Of a DNA stretch of 64,000 bases, positions 26,630-40,364 are shown in pieces. The notes beneath the pieces are model-generated. The model was given only the letters and a program-made list of their open reading frames with translations, did no database searches and was not told the origin of the DNA. How positions within the stretch are numbered: position 1 is the first letter of the stretch; every line of letters starts with the position of its first letter. Location: the NCBI GenBank assembly GCA_051294375.1, contig CM119269.1, forward strand, positions 1,442,537 to 1,506,536, given 5' to 3'. The stretch is from Paraspadella gotoi. Taxonomy: Eukaryota; Animalia; Chaetognatha. A program made the translations under genes and the position numbers.

Positions 26630-27387
26630 ATAATTTACAACTTCAGTGATAGAGATTAACAACGCTGGTATTGATAATCTAAATCCGAAAACTGATAAAC
26701 AATTATCGGGAGACGGTTGTTATTGTGTTCCTCTGGAAATAGTGGGAGCATCTATACCAGATAATATTGCTTCCTGCCGTATTTTTCTCAATAAATATAT
26801 GTTTATTGTAAAGAGTCTTAATAGAATTGTTTTTTCGTCATTGGTTCGTTAGTACCATCAGCTAAATTTTAAATTTTCTCTCAATTTACTTTTTTTTTCA
26901 ATTCATCCGATAATTAAGCAAATCTCGATTCTCGTCCATTTGACGTCCCCGATATGACATTTTTGTCTCTCCTCTCTTCATCCTTGTCTTGATTGATCCA
27001 CTTTAAAGAGGAGACAATGTCCTTATCCTTGTCCTTGTCTTTGTCTCAGTCGTTATCGACTTCCTCACACGAAGCGGAGACACTCGATGGAACGGAGCGA
27101 ATCGTCTCGTCGTCTCATTCAACAATGTCAATTTCGAACTTGGAAACCTTTCGTCAGATTTAATCAGTTCTCGTGTGGGAGGAAAAAATATTACGTGTGA
27201 TAACCTCTCTCTCTCTCTCTCTCTCATCATCTCATGCCTCTTTTCTCTCTCTTTTCCTTTCTGACTTAATTCTCTCGTCTCTCTCGTCTTCGGTCTCTCT
27301 CTCCTTCTTCCTCTACTCTCTGCTCTCCTCTGTCGCTCTCATTCCTCTCTACTCTATCTTGTTTCCGGGTTTGATTTAAGTCGGATT

Positions 27388-28200
27388 TTATGTAAATGAC
27401 TCAAGCAATTCGATTTGGAATTTGGGTCTTCGAAAATCACATTTTTTAACGCGAAAATGAAAAGATTGAAAAAACAAAATCAATGAACTCATAAGCTATT
27501 AATAGAGGCCCTTCGCGAGCATTTTGACGAATGGAATAATCCAATTCCTCTTCATTACCGGAATTAACGATCGCTTCGAAAATGTTTAAAAAATCGTTTA
27601 TTTAAACTTTGACAGTTTTGGCTGTAATAAAGTCTGTCCTTGCACAACCCCGCTTTTCGCCCCTCCACTCCCCCCCACCTTCTAAGCATCCCAGCCTTGG
27701 ACAGCCTTTGATTTATTTGGTCGATGAATACCCTGTCAAAGTTTTTTCGGGACGCTTCTAACCTGAATTGAGCCGCGATGATGGAGAGAGATAGAGAGAG
27801 ACATCATCGCGCTCAATCAGGTTAGAAGCGTCCCGAAAAAACTTTGACAGGTATTCATGACGACCAAATAAATCAAAGGCTGTCCAAGGCTGGGATGCTA
27901 GAAGGTGGGGGGGAGTGGGAGGGGCGAAAAGCGGGGTTGTGCAAGGACAACGACTTATTACAGCCAAAACTGTCAAAGTTTAAATAAACGATTTTTTAAA
28001 ACATTTTCGAAGCGATCGTTAATTCCGGTAATGAAGAGAATTGGATTATTCCATTCGTCAAAATGCTCGCGAAGGCCTCTATTAATAGCTTATGAGTTCA
28101 TTGATTTTGTTTTTTCAATCTTTTCATTTTCCGCGTTAAAAAAATGTGATTTTCGAAGACCCAAATTCCAAATCGAATTGCTTGAGTGCATTTACAATAA
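27388..28200. repeat. Long inverted repeat: ~396-bp arms (27388-27783 / 27802-28200) with an 18-nt GA spacer, ending at a 25-N gap
   Basis: Arms are reverse complements differing mostly by single-base indels. Confidence 0.95.
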
Positions 28201-28225
28201 NNNNNNNNNNNNNNNNNNNNNNNNN

Positions 28226-28259
<34 letters not shown>

Positions 28260-28779
28260 CGCATGCTTTACTAACATCGCAAGCGGCAAACTTCAAAGTC
28301 GTTTTGATGAGCATAAATCAAAATGCGTTTTGCAAATTTCCACACCGGACCATCTCCCTTTTGTTTTTCGTTAAACGCTCGACGACTAATTGATGGTTAA
28401 AAGAAAATATATGAGCTACGAAAACACAAAAGCGTCATTTGATTAATAAGCGACAACTTTTTGCACCAATGGGTACTTTTTGCACTTTTTGCACTTTTTG
28501 CACCAATGGGTACAAATTAGACGCAGTAAATTGCGTTCAATGCAGTGCTCATGTTGTTGCAGTTGCATAATGCATATTTCATTGGAATATTCCCCTTTTT
28601 TCCCGACGAATTTATTATATATGTTACTTACATCATCCTCTTTATTTTCATTATTATTTATTTTTTCTGTATGTTTTTTAGTTCTTTAGATTTTTTTAAA
28701 AATCTTAAAATCGATTAGTGAAGACGTATTAATAATCATAAAATACCTGATAGAGTACCCGAATATACATTATTCAATT

Positions 28780-29500
28780 TTTTTCCTCACTTCGTCCTCT
28801 GCTCCTCCCTTCTTCCTTCTCCTCCTCCCTTCCTGCATCCCTCTTCCTTCCTCCCCTCTCTTCCTCCATCTCCTCCTCTCCCTTCCTGCCTCTCCTCCCT
28901 CTCTCCCTCTCTTCCTCCCTTCCCCTCCCTCCTCCTCCCTTCCTCCCTCTCCTTCTCCCTTTCTCTCTCTATTCCTCCTTTCTTCTCTACTCTCTCTCCC
29001 TATCTCCTCCTCTCCTCTTCCTTCCTCCTTCTCTGCTCCCTTCCTTCCTCTTCCTCCTTCCTTCCTCCTTCTCCTCCTCCCTTCCTCCCTCTCATCCTCC
29101 CTTCCTCCCTCTCCTTTCCTCTTCCTGCATCCTCTCCTCCCTTCCTCCCTCTCTTCTTCCATCTCCTCCTCCCTTCCTTCCTCTCCTCCCCCCTCCCTCT
29201 CTTCCTCCCTTCCCCTCCCTCCTCCTCCCTTCCTCCTCTCTCCTTCTCCCTTTCTCATCTCTATCCTCCCTCTTCTCCCTCTCTTCCTCCCTATCTTCCT
29301 CCCGCTCTCCTCCTCCTTCCTCCTCTCTCCTCCTTCCTTCCCCTTCTCTCCTCCCTTCCTCCCTCTCCTCCTTCCTTCTCCTCTCTCCTCCCTCCTCTTC
29401 CTCCCTCTCACCTCCTTCCTCCCTCCTCCTCCCTATCTCTTCGCCCTCCTCCCTCTCAATTCTCCCTTCCTCCCTCCCTCCCCCTCCATCTTCTTCTTTA
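28780..29500. repeat. ~720-bp almost pure polypyrimidine (C/T) low-complexity tract
   Basis: Directly visible. The 213-aa R/E/G ORF on the minus strand is a by-product. Confidence 0.9.
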
Positions 29501-29594
29501 ACATTTTTTTTTCTGGGTTTACGATTTTTCTCCGTCGCGATTCAAGTAAAGGATTTTTCGGAAGACGGTTTAACGATTTAGCTTGACACAAACA

Positions 29595-29625
<31 letters not shown>

Positions 29626-29796
29626 TGCAATTGGAGGGATCGAAATGACCGATACGATGACGACTACAGTTGGCGGAAGTTGAGATCGAGGAGACGTACA
29701 GGGACGGACCGACGTACGGACCGAGGGAATAATTGGACGGACGAACGGATCAATGGGCGAAAGAATTGAAGGGGGAAGGGAGAGAATAATGAGAGG

Positions 29797-29844
<48 letters not shown>

Positions 29845-29942
29845 TTCTTGACTTGGTTTCTTCAAAAGGTCAAGCGTATGTTTCCGAGTGGCGACGAAAC
29901 TACGGCGATGAAATGTTTGCTCTTAAATACGGATGAAGAGAG

Positions 29943-29990
<48 letters not shown>

Positions 29991-30148
29991 TTAGAGGAAG
30001 ATATTCTAAGTTGATGTCGTGTCATCTGCTCTAATTTGTTGATTACCTCCTTTACAACTTTTTTATTCTCTATCCCGTTAAATGTATCATCAACCGATTG
30101 TTTTTCCGTCCGGCCTTTTTCTTTTTTTTCTTTTTAAATTTATATATT

Positions 30149-30188
<40 letters not shown>

Positions 30189-30701
30189 TTGCTTTCTCTC
30201 TTTCTTTCTTTATTCATTTTTTTCTTTATTTCTTTCTTTCTGTTTTCCTTTTTTTTTATACATGTATTTTCTTTTAACTTACAGTTTAATAGCCGTAGAT
30301 AGTTTTCAAAAAATTTTAATAAAACATTTTTCGATTTTCATTTTTATTTTTAACCAAAAAAAAAAAATGTTTTGTTCCCTCGACATTTTTACTATCCTGC
30401 CGTTTTTATGATCGTTCTCTGGATTCTTTTTTTTTTTTCTTTCTTTCTCTCTTTTCTCTGTTTTGTTATTTCTCTTTCTTTCTTCTTTGTTTTACTCATC
30501 AGGAGAAAGGTTTACGACAGACGAATCCGTGTTCTCATAAGTTTTCTTCTTTTCTTTTCTCTTTTTTTTCTTAAACGTATGTTTTTTCCGTTTTTAAATA
30601 GTATATTCTTTTTTGATTCCGCTTTTCACCCGAGTTAGTCTTCGTCGTTGTCGTCGTTTTCTCCTCCGCGCTTTTCAGCGTCTCTAACGTCGGCCCGTCG
30701 T

Positions 30702-30733
<32 letters not shown>

Positions 30734-31303
30734 GCTTTATGGCGAAGTCACCTTTAACTCCGTTCTCTCTCCGTCTTAATTGCCTAGACTTGTCGGGATT
30801 CAAATTGTTGATTCAAATTAAACATAAACTCGAAGGAAAAAAGAAAACGAGATTTTGGTCTGTTATTTTACACCGAATTTATTTCTCGTTACCTCTCGCC
30901 CGTTTGAGACATTTGATTCAGACCAACAAGTTTTTTTCTTTTTTTTTTTTTAGCACGACGTCATAAAAGTTATAAATGCCTCGACATTCGCATTGATACT
31001 TCTAATTTTTTACGTTCTTCGTTGTTATAGTTTATAGTTTACTTTGTATATATACCGCCTAATAAGAATCTAATACAGGGACTGATTCTGAATAATTTTT
31101 TTTTCCGTTCCTTTAACGAAGACGCATTTCGTGTTTATTTCTGTCAGAAATGATAAGTTTTTTCACCTGCAAAAACAATTCGTCGGGGGAGATGCCAGGC
31201 TAGAGGAGGAGGAGGAGGAGGAGGAGGAGGAGGAGGAGGAGGACATTCTGGTTGTTTTTCGATAGATTGGTTCTGATTGAAGAGAAGAGAGAAAACTTTA
31301 AAA

Positions 31304-31345
<42 letters not shown>

Positions 31346-31587
31346 GAGAAGAGAGAGAGAGAGAGAGAGAGAGAGCCCTTTTGACTGCTTTGGCCTTTTC
31401 CGTGGTCAATTAAAAAAGTAGAGGGATAGAAGGATAATAAAGCCTCAAAAAAAATTTCTGCCCTTTGCCCCAAGCCATAAGCTAAGCGATAAATTTTTAA
31501 TAAACGTATTTTATTTGTATGTTGTTTGTAAGTTCGAAACTTTCAATTAAAGTGTCGAGAATGAACCTGTGAGAGAGACGAAAAAGA

Positions 31588-31712
<125 letters not shown>

Positions 31713-32057
31713 CTCAAATCTTTGGCGATAACGAAGCGAGAAACAAGACTATGAAGAATTTCTCTTCCGCTCCAATTTTGCCTGAGATGAGATTAACACG
31801 TGAATTTGTGTAAAAGTTTGAAATTTTCCGAAATTTTTGGTTGAAAAAAATGAAAAAAAGAATGACGAACGGCCGGTGTAAAATTCTAGTACATCTCGAA
31901 CAGAAATCGATGGATAACTTGCGAGAAATTATTTATTTATTTATCATTTATCTTTTTATTTTCTCAATTATTTTTTATTTTATTGAGTCATTTATTTTCA
32001 GCAATTGCTTTGCGTAATAATTGAAACATAAAAACTGAAAAAAAAAGAAAATGACAA

Positions 32058-32793
32058 TACTAAGTATTTCAATTACTGATAATTGCTTCGGTTTAACATC
32101 AGAAATTGTTAAATTTCCATTAAATGATAGAAAAGGACATTACTACGTATTTCAATTACTGATAATTGCTTCGGTTTAACATCAGAAATTATTAAATTTC
32201 CCTTAAATGATTGAAAAGGACATTACTACGTATTTCAATTACTGATAATTGCTTTAGTTTAACACCAAAAATAGTTAAATTTCCATTAAATGATAGAAAA
32301 GGACATTACTACGTATTTCAATTACTGATAATTGCTTCGGTTTAACATCAGAAATTGTTAAATTTCCATTAAATTATATAAAAGGACATTACTACGTATT
32401 TCAATTACTGATAATTGCTTCGGTTTAACATCAGAAATTATTAAATTTCCATTAAATGATAGAAAAGGACATTACTACGTATTTCAATTACTAATAATTG
32501 CTTCTGTTTAACATCAGAAATTGTTAAATTTCCATTAAATGATAGAAAAGGACATTACTACGTATTTTAATTACTGATAATTGCTTTAGTTTAACACCAG
32601 AAATAGTTAAATTGTCATTAAATGATAGAAAAGGACATTACTACGTATTTTAATTACTGATAATTGCTTTAGTTTAACATCAGAAATAGTTAAATTCTCA
32701 TTAAATGATAGAAAAGGACATTAATACGTATTTTAATTTCAGATAATTGCTTCGGTTTAATATGAGAAATAGTCAATTTGCTATTAAACGATA
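32058..32793. repeat. Tandem satellite, 83-bp unit, about 9 copies; a noisy second copy of part of the array lies at 34030-34525
   Basis: Unit TACTACGTATTTCAATTACTGATAATTGCTTCGGTTTAACATCAGAAATTGTTAAATTTCCATTAAATGATAGAAAAGGACAT recurs at 32141, 32224, 32307 and onward. Confidence 0.95.
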
Positions 32794-32951
32794 TTTTCTT
32801 TTATGATTTGTTTTCCTGTTTTCTTTTGTTTCTTTGAAACGAATCTTTCAACGAAGACGAGGAGGTTCACTTGTTCCGAGTAATAAAAAAGGAAATTAAA
32901 CAAATCACAGATAAATCGCTTGTTGAAAATATTTGGGAAACCTCGACGACG

Positions 32952-33041
<90 letters not shown>

Positions 33042-33099
33042 CTCACATACTCCAAAAAGGAGGGAAAAAGAAATCCATTAAAATTTCAACGAAGGCGAA

Positions 33100-33138
<39 letters not shown>

Positions 33139-33313
33139 GAATCTGATTTCTTCGATAACAAATGAAAGACTTCAATTTTTTTTTTCTTATAGAATAAAAA
33201 TTTTAAAAAAGTTCTATCTTACTAGTAAACGTCAAGCTAACGCCGTGAAAATAATTTCCCGAGTAAGACGTTCGACATCCACGAATTTAAAAACGATTTT
33301 TGGAACATTTACT

Positions 33314-33362
<49 letters not shown>

Positions 33363-33496
33363 AGAAGAAAAGAAAAGAAAATTAAAGGCGAGACGATGAC
33401 GATGTTAATTCGGGGGGAGATTACCCCCTTATCCCCCTTTACTTCTCCCCCCTTCGCCTTTCCATCCCTCTCTTTAAAACCCCGTACCTCGAATTT

Positions 33497-33530
<34 letters not shown>

Positions 33531-34020
33531 NNNNNNNNNNNNNNNNNNNNNNNNNNNNNNNNNNNNNNNNNNNNNNNNNNNNNNNNNNNNNNNNNNNNNN
33601 NNNNNNNNNNNNNNNNNNNNNNNNNNNNNNNNNNNNNNNNNNNNNNNNNNNNNNNNNNNNNNNNNNNNNNNNNNNNNNNNNNNNNNNNNNNNNNNNNNNN
33701 NNNNNNNNNNNNNNNNNNNNNNNNNNNNNNNNNNNNNNNNNNNNNNNNNNNNNNNNNNNNNNNNNNNNNNNNNNNNNNTCTCCGCATTCTAACGGGGTTG
33801 TTTAGTAAGTAAACAGGGAGGTGAATGATCCTCTTGCTAAGATTAAGTAAGCTTATCTTCACTTCTCTTTTCACCGCTTCCCTTTTTTTTTTATTCAATC
33901 AAAATAAAACAATCTCTCTCAGTCTTTTTTTCTCTCTTTTACATCTGCAAAACCTCTGATCTGTTGGCTGCTTGAAGGAGAGAGAGAGAGAGAGANNNNN
34001 NNNNNNNNNNNNNNNNNNNN

Positions 34021-35043
34021 TTGACTTGAAATTGCTTCGGTTTAATCGTTGCAGAAATTTATTAGAATTTCGCAGTGTAAATGAGTAGAAAGGGAACATT
34101 ACTGACGTGAGTTCCAATGTACTGATAATTGCTTGTCGGTTTAAGCATGCAGAAAATTTAATGATTTCCATATAAATGATAAGAAAAGGACATTTACTAC
34201 GTATTTCAATTACTAATAAGTGCTTCTTGTGTTAACGTATCAGAAAAGTTGTTAGAAAGTTTGCCATTAGAATGATAGAAAGGGACATTACTACGTGTTT
34301 TAATTAGCTGATAATGTGCTTTAGTTTAACACCAGAAATAGTTAAATTTCCATTAAATATAAAAGGACATACTACGTATTTTAATTACTGATAATTGCTT
34401 AGTTAAACCATAGAAATAGTTAAATTCTCATTAAAATGATAGAAAAGGGACATTAATACGTATTTTATTTCAGATAAGTTGCTTCGGTTAATATGAGAAA
34501 TAGTCAATTTGCTGTTAAACGATATTTTCTTTTTATGATTTGTTTTCCTGTTTTTCTTTTTTTCTTTAAACGAATCTTTCAACGGAAGAGAGGAGGTTCA
34601 CTTGTTCCGAGTAAATAAAAAAGGAAATTAAACAAAATCACAGATAAACGCTTGTTGAAAATATTTGGGAAACCTCGACGACGTCGACGACGACGACGCG
34701 ACGACGACGACGACGACGACGATGATGATGATGATGATGATGAGATGATGATGATGATATGATGATGATTCTCACATACTCCAAAAAGGAGGGAAAAAGA
34801 AATCCATTAAAATTTCAACAAGGCGAAGCGACGACGACGACGACGACGACGAGACGACGACGACGAGGAATCTGATTTCTTCGATAACAAATGAAAGACT
34901 TCAATTTTTTTTTTTCTGTATAGAATAAAAATTTTAAAAAAAGTTCTATCTTACTAGTAAACGTCAACTACGCCGTGAAAATAATTTCCCGAGTAAGACG
35001 TTCGACATCCACAATTTAAAAAACGATTTTTGGAACATTTACT

Positions 35044-35093
<50 letters not shown>

Positions 35094-35670
35094 AGAAGAA
35101 AAAGGAAAAGAAAAATAAAGGCGAGACGATGACGATGTTAATTCGGGGGGGAGATTACCCCCTTATCCCCTTTACTTCTCCCCCCTTCGCCTTTCCATCC
35201 TCTCTTTAAAACCCCGTACCTCGAATTTCATCTCCTTCTCTTCTCTCTCTCTCTCTCTCTCCTCTCTCTCTTTCTCTCTTTACAACCCCCGAACCTCGAA
35301 TTTTTCATTGATTAAAGAAAAAAAAAAAGGGGGGAAGGGGGGCAGAGGGAAAAGAGATTTTTCAGATGTATTTGAGACTCTCTCTCTTTCTCTCTCTCTC
35401 CTCTCTCTCTCTCTCTCATCTTCTCTCTCTCTCTTCTCTCTCTCTCTCTCTCTCTCTCGTCTCTCTCCGCATTCTAACGGGGTGTGTTTAGTAAGTAAAC
35501 AGGGAGGTTGAATGATCTCCTTGCTAAGATTTAAGTAAGCTATTCTTCGACTTCTCTTTTCACCGCTTCCCTTTTTTTCTATTTCAATCAAAATAAAACA
35601 ATCTCTCTCAGTCTTTTTTTCTCTCTTTTACATCTGCCAAAACCTCTGATCTGTTTGGCTGGCTTGGAGA

Positions 35671-35680
<10 letters not shown>
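34021..35680 (+). other. Indel-rich direct duplicate of ~32330-33995, probably a gap-filling artefact
   Basis: 34030-35280 repeats 32330-33530 and 35465-35680 repeats 33779-33995 with scattered 1-nt indels. The junction is a 25-N gap at 33996-34020. Confidence 0.85.
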
Positions 35681-35748
<68 letters not shown>

Positions 35749-36149
35749 TGAGAATAAGAAAGAAGTAAAGAAAAGGGGAGAGGTACGTAGAAAGAGAGAG
35801 TAATTTTTTTTCTATGTAAAAAAATATATAAAGAATAAAAAAAATCGTTTCCTTCTTTTTCTTTCTAATCGGCTTTATTTCTTCCCCTTTCCCAGTTTTT
35901 TTTTCTTCTCAATTCTCCCGGTCTCTCCGGGACTTCTCTCTCTCTCCTCTCTCTCTCTCTCTCTTCTCTCTCTCCTCTCTCTCTCTTCTTCTCTCTCTCC
36001 TCTTTTTTTCTCTTCTCTCTCTGTGTTTAGTAAATCCACCCTCCTCTTTTGCGAATTTCTAAGCTCTCTCGCTCTCTCTTTTTTTTCCAAATCTTTCAAT
36101 CATCGGGTTATTATACGAGTAACGAATCTCTTCTCTCGGTTTTCTCCCC

Positions 36150-36224
36150 GATTGGCCTGACTTTCCCTTCCCAGATTGGCCTGACTTTCCCTTCCCAGAT
36201 TGGCCTGACTTTCCCTTCCCAGAT
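36150..36224. repeat. 24-bp tandem repeat ATTGGCCTGACTTTCCCTTCCCAG x3
   Basis: Directly visible. Confidence 0.9.
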
Positions 36225-36722
36225 TTGATCGAGTCAGAACCAAGAGTAAGTTTGAACGCGATCAGCGTACTCGCTTCACTCTACTGCACTGCCACTCACT
36301 TTTAATATTTAAAAAAAAGTAATTTATTTAGTAAATCTGTGAATTTTGCCTAAATGACTTACAAAAAAATAAGCAAACGAGAAAGAGAAATTAACCTGAA
36401 ACCTGAGAATATAAAGTAATGCCTTCAAGTTTTTTTATGTACATTAATATAAAATGTAAAATAATTTATCAAAAATTCTTTCTTTATTTTTTTTTTAAAA
36501 GTTTTCCGTCTCCGCCGGATATTAAAACGGAAATTAAGCGCTGGAGATATCAAAAGAGAAAAAAAAATGATTCGAACCCAAGACTTTCAGATCCGGAACT
36601 TCATGTCTCCGCGGAACCACGTCATTTCTCTTTTTTTCACCTTCATTCGGAATTAACGGCCAAAAAAAACGAATTTCGGCGACCAATGAAAAAAAGTTCA
36701 TTGGCAGGCCGAGAGAGGGAGA

Positions 36723-36754
<32 letters not shown>

Positions 36755-37332
36755 TCCTCGACGCCTCCACAATTTAAGTACATTTATGAAATGGCAAATT
36801 TATTTGATCGCTGAGTACTCATGTTATAAGTAATGGCATTTCAATTCCTTAAAAACCCGCTCGCTGCCGGAATGCTTTCCCATTCCTTCATTTATTAATT
36901 AATATTTGATTATTTATTCGTACTTGCCGAATTTATTACCCGTTCTTTAAAAAAGCGGCGCCTTGGAATCGTTAGCTCGGCGTCATGAGTTTTTGCGGCG
37001 TCGAAATCTCGAAATGCTTTATAGATTCTTTAGCATTTGAATTCACTCAAGAATGTCAAAAATTATAAAGTGGCGTTCAGAGATTAGAAAATATTTCGTC
37101 GCTCCGACAAGAGGCCCGAAAGAGTAAGCAAATTAAATAGCAAGGGAACAAATGTACAACTCTTGATCTAAGTGAGCAAGTCAGCTTGCGTACAAATTCA
37201 CGAAAAGTTTCGACAACGATTTAGAGAGAGTTAGACGAGACGAGGGGTATAGAAAGAGAGTTAAAAACTAATAGGAATGTTAACAAAATAAATCCCATCC
37301 GCGGTATAACACCTCCCCCCTCCCCTTCTCTT

Positions 37333-37395
<63 letters not shown>

Positions 37396-37917
37396 GCTCT
37401 CCGTAATAGACTAATACCCCCCCCTCCCCTCCGTCGTCGAATGATCTTTAAGGCAAATATTTTGAGGTTTCCGAATTTGAAAGGAATCTATTTTTTTTTG
37501 GTGCCATACTTTTTGAAGAAAAAAAAAGTTTCGGAGAAGCTCGATGCCAAGAGCGGGAGCTCCGAGTCTAAGAGAACAAACAGAGGAGACGAACTCCACT
37601 CTGCGTCAGGAAGAGGAGAGAGAGAAGAGAGAAGAAAGAAGAGAGAGGGAGGAGTGAGTAAGAGAGGGTCGCGATCGTTCGAGAATATCCGGTTGTCGTC
37701 ATTGGGAGCCGACGTCGCGTCGATGGGCGTCGACGCGGTTTTCGTCGTCATCGTCTCAAGATAATCTTTGGAGTTGTTATTGTATCCAGACCTTAAATCT
37801 CTATGTTATTGCCGATTTTTTCCCCCCGCTCCCTTACTTACATAATTGTTGGGTTTATATTCTAACAGAATTTAAGTTTCCTCTCAAAGAAATTCGGAAT
37901 TACGCCATCGCCGGCCA

Positions 37918-38064
37918 GGCATATTGTATGATGATTTACCGACAATATTTAGGGGAGGGACCGACGCGTCGGACCGACAAAGTGAATTAAAGAGTCGGCA
38001 TATTGTATGATGATTTACCGACAATATTTAGGGGAGGGACCGACAAAGTGAATTAAAGAGTCGG
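37918..38064. repeat. Local tandem duplication of a ~70-80 bp unit (x2)
   Basis: GGCATATTGTATGATGATTTACCGACAATATTTAGGGGAGGGACCGAC..AAAGTGAATTAAAGAGTCGG occurs twice. Confidence 0.9.
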
Positions 38065-40364
38065 AATCTGCGATAATCAGAACCGACTAAAAATAAAAAG
38101 AAGAATAGACGAAGAAGCTTTCACTAATCGCTGTCTCATTGTAGTTTTTTGGCCTGGCGATTATTTTTCTTTTCATTTTTCTCACTTTTTGGGTTTTTGT
38201 TAGGGGAGGGAGAGTGGGTTTTTCCCTGTTGGCTTTTCAGCATTCAGTAGGAAATACCTTTTATATTTCACTCCCGTGGCAACATAAAATTCTTAGTTAT
38301 TCTACAAGTGAAATAATATATGATTATAATTTTAATTATTCCAAGCATCATATAGTACCGATTACATTTCGCGACTTTCGTCTTTGTACAATTTTCGAAG
38401 AATGTCAACAACATAATTATCTTCATTGTCTAGTTTTAGAAAATCAATCTGAAGTGGAAAAATTGTCTGCTAAATTGTATGGGGTAATAGCCGATTTAAG
38501 CGAGCTTGTCAGTTGCTGTTCAACTTTTACTAATTATTATATAGGACATTGCTCAACGTATCAAGATAAATACTATAATTTTATCACCGATATTGTGTAT
38601 GATTTTAAAAGGATGGCTCGATCAAAATGTCACAGATTTTGAAAATTTGTCTTGTTTCGTATTTCTAATTTTACTTTCACTGATCATTTTAATTCATGCT
38701 TAAAGTAACGATTGTTACGGATTAACATTTAAAAAAAATATGCTTAAATACACTATAAAGCACTGTCGACATTTATTCGCTCACTCTCTCTCTCTCTTTT
38801 AAAAAAAAATTAGTCAAAATACATGTTAGTGTGGACGAAAGAAGACACGCAACCTTAAACGTGACCTTAGTTTCCCTCTCTCTCTCTTTCTTCCTCACTT
38901 TTCATCTCTCTCTCTCTTTCTCTCCGTCGTTGACCGCGACTTAGCATCCGAGCCTTTGTTTTGTTATTGTTTATAACCTTGTTGAAGAATAAATCATTCT
39001 TATTCAGAAAATCGTTGCAAGCCCCAACACCGGCTTTATTTTTCTATCTCTCTTCCTTCTGAACTCCGGCCAATCGTTTTTTGAGCGACACTCTCGGGAG
39101 TCAAAAGAGGGAAGATGATGAAGATGACTTCGGCAAATCACGTCGCTTTGCCAAAGATGTAAACAAACCGGATTTATTTTCATCACTTTCCTAACCTTTT
39201 TCTAATCTTTTTCTTACCTTCTCATTACCATTTTTTTTCATCTTAACCTTATCTTTTCCTATCGGCAATTTTCGCGGAAAAGTTTAGAGCATTTAACTAT
39301 TTTATGAGATAAATCTAATGTTTGGCGGTCCACTATTCCAGCTGAATATTGCTTTTTCGAAATTAAAATTTTTTTTTAATTTCACCACTGTTTGCAACCA
39401 AATAAATAGAAACTGCAAAGTCTGACGTTTTATTAGTTATTATTAGTTAAGAACAAAAAAAAATCTTTTTTTTTCAAGTTTAATTGAGAAATTGGTGTTT
39501 TTTTCTTATTAATTAGCTTTTAAAAATTTTCCCTACTTTCCGCAGGGCAATCAATAATGCCGGTCGTAAACTCACTTCGAGCGCCAACTGCAGCCACGCC
39601 CACATTTTTTTTAGCTTCGTCCGCCCGACGTTCAATGATGATGGCAGGTGGAAAGCCGATAATCGGCAGGATTGACCCGCTTACTTATGGGAAGGACGCC
39701 AGCTTGACGGTCGTCTGCTCGAGCAGACGCCTCCATTTGCAGCATGCAAGATTTGACTCAATCGCCAAGATCTCGGATGCGGCGAGTCTGAGAGAACAAC
39801 CAGGACAACAGCGGAGAAGAATAATTATCCAAATATGTTTTATATTTTATTCTTTTCTTTGTCTCGTCGTCGTCGAATTTCAATAATCTAATAATTCGTC
39901 TTCATTTCATCGACGACGACGACGACGACGACGACGTCACTATCGTCATTGTCAACCGGATTATTAAACATTAAATTATTAAACATTGGATTTTGCCACC
40001 AACAACATCTTTCTCATTCATCTTGCTCGTCGTCGTCGTCTTCTTCTTCCTCTTCCTCTGTCATCGTCCAAAAATTCTTTTCTGCATCAAAATGGAAAAA
40101 GTCAAAAGTCAATTCTTTTTCTCAAAAAAGGTTTTTGACTTGACGTTAATTTGTTTTGTTAAGCACAAAATCCTTTTTGCCAAAATCTGGACGACGTCTT
40201 GGCAAAAATATTTAACTCTATTTTTTTTTTCCATCTTTTGGGATTGGCTATCATTACTTTCTCCCTTGACGTTTTTTTGGCCAACGACTAAGACGAGATT
40301 GTTTTGAAATTTAAAGAAAATCATCTTTTTGATTTAAATCTGTTGCAAGCTTTCTTAGAGTCGT

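Noticed and set aside
28770-29411. 213-aa R/E/G-rich ORF on the minus strand
   Set aside because: Translation of a purine-only tract that cannot contain stop codons; no splice or codon evidence
38214-38642. 142-aa AT-rich ORF
   Set aside because: Non-ATG start, composition unlike the real exons here, no recognisable motif; more likely a decayed transposon interior
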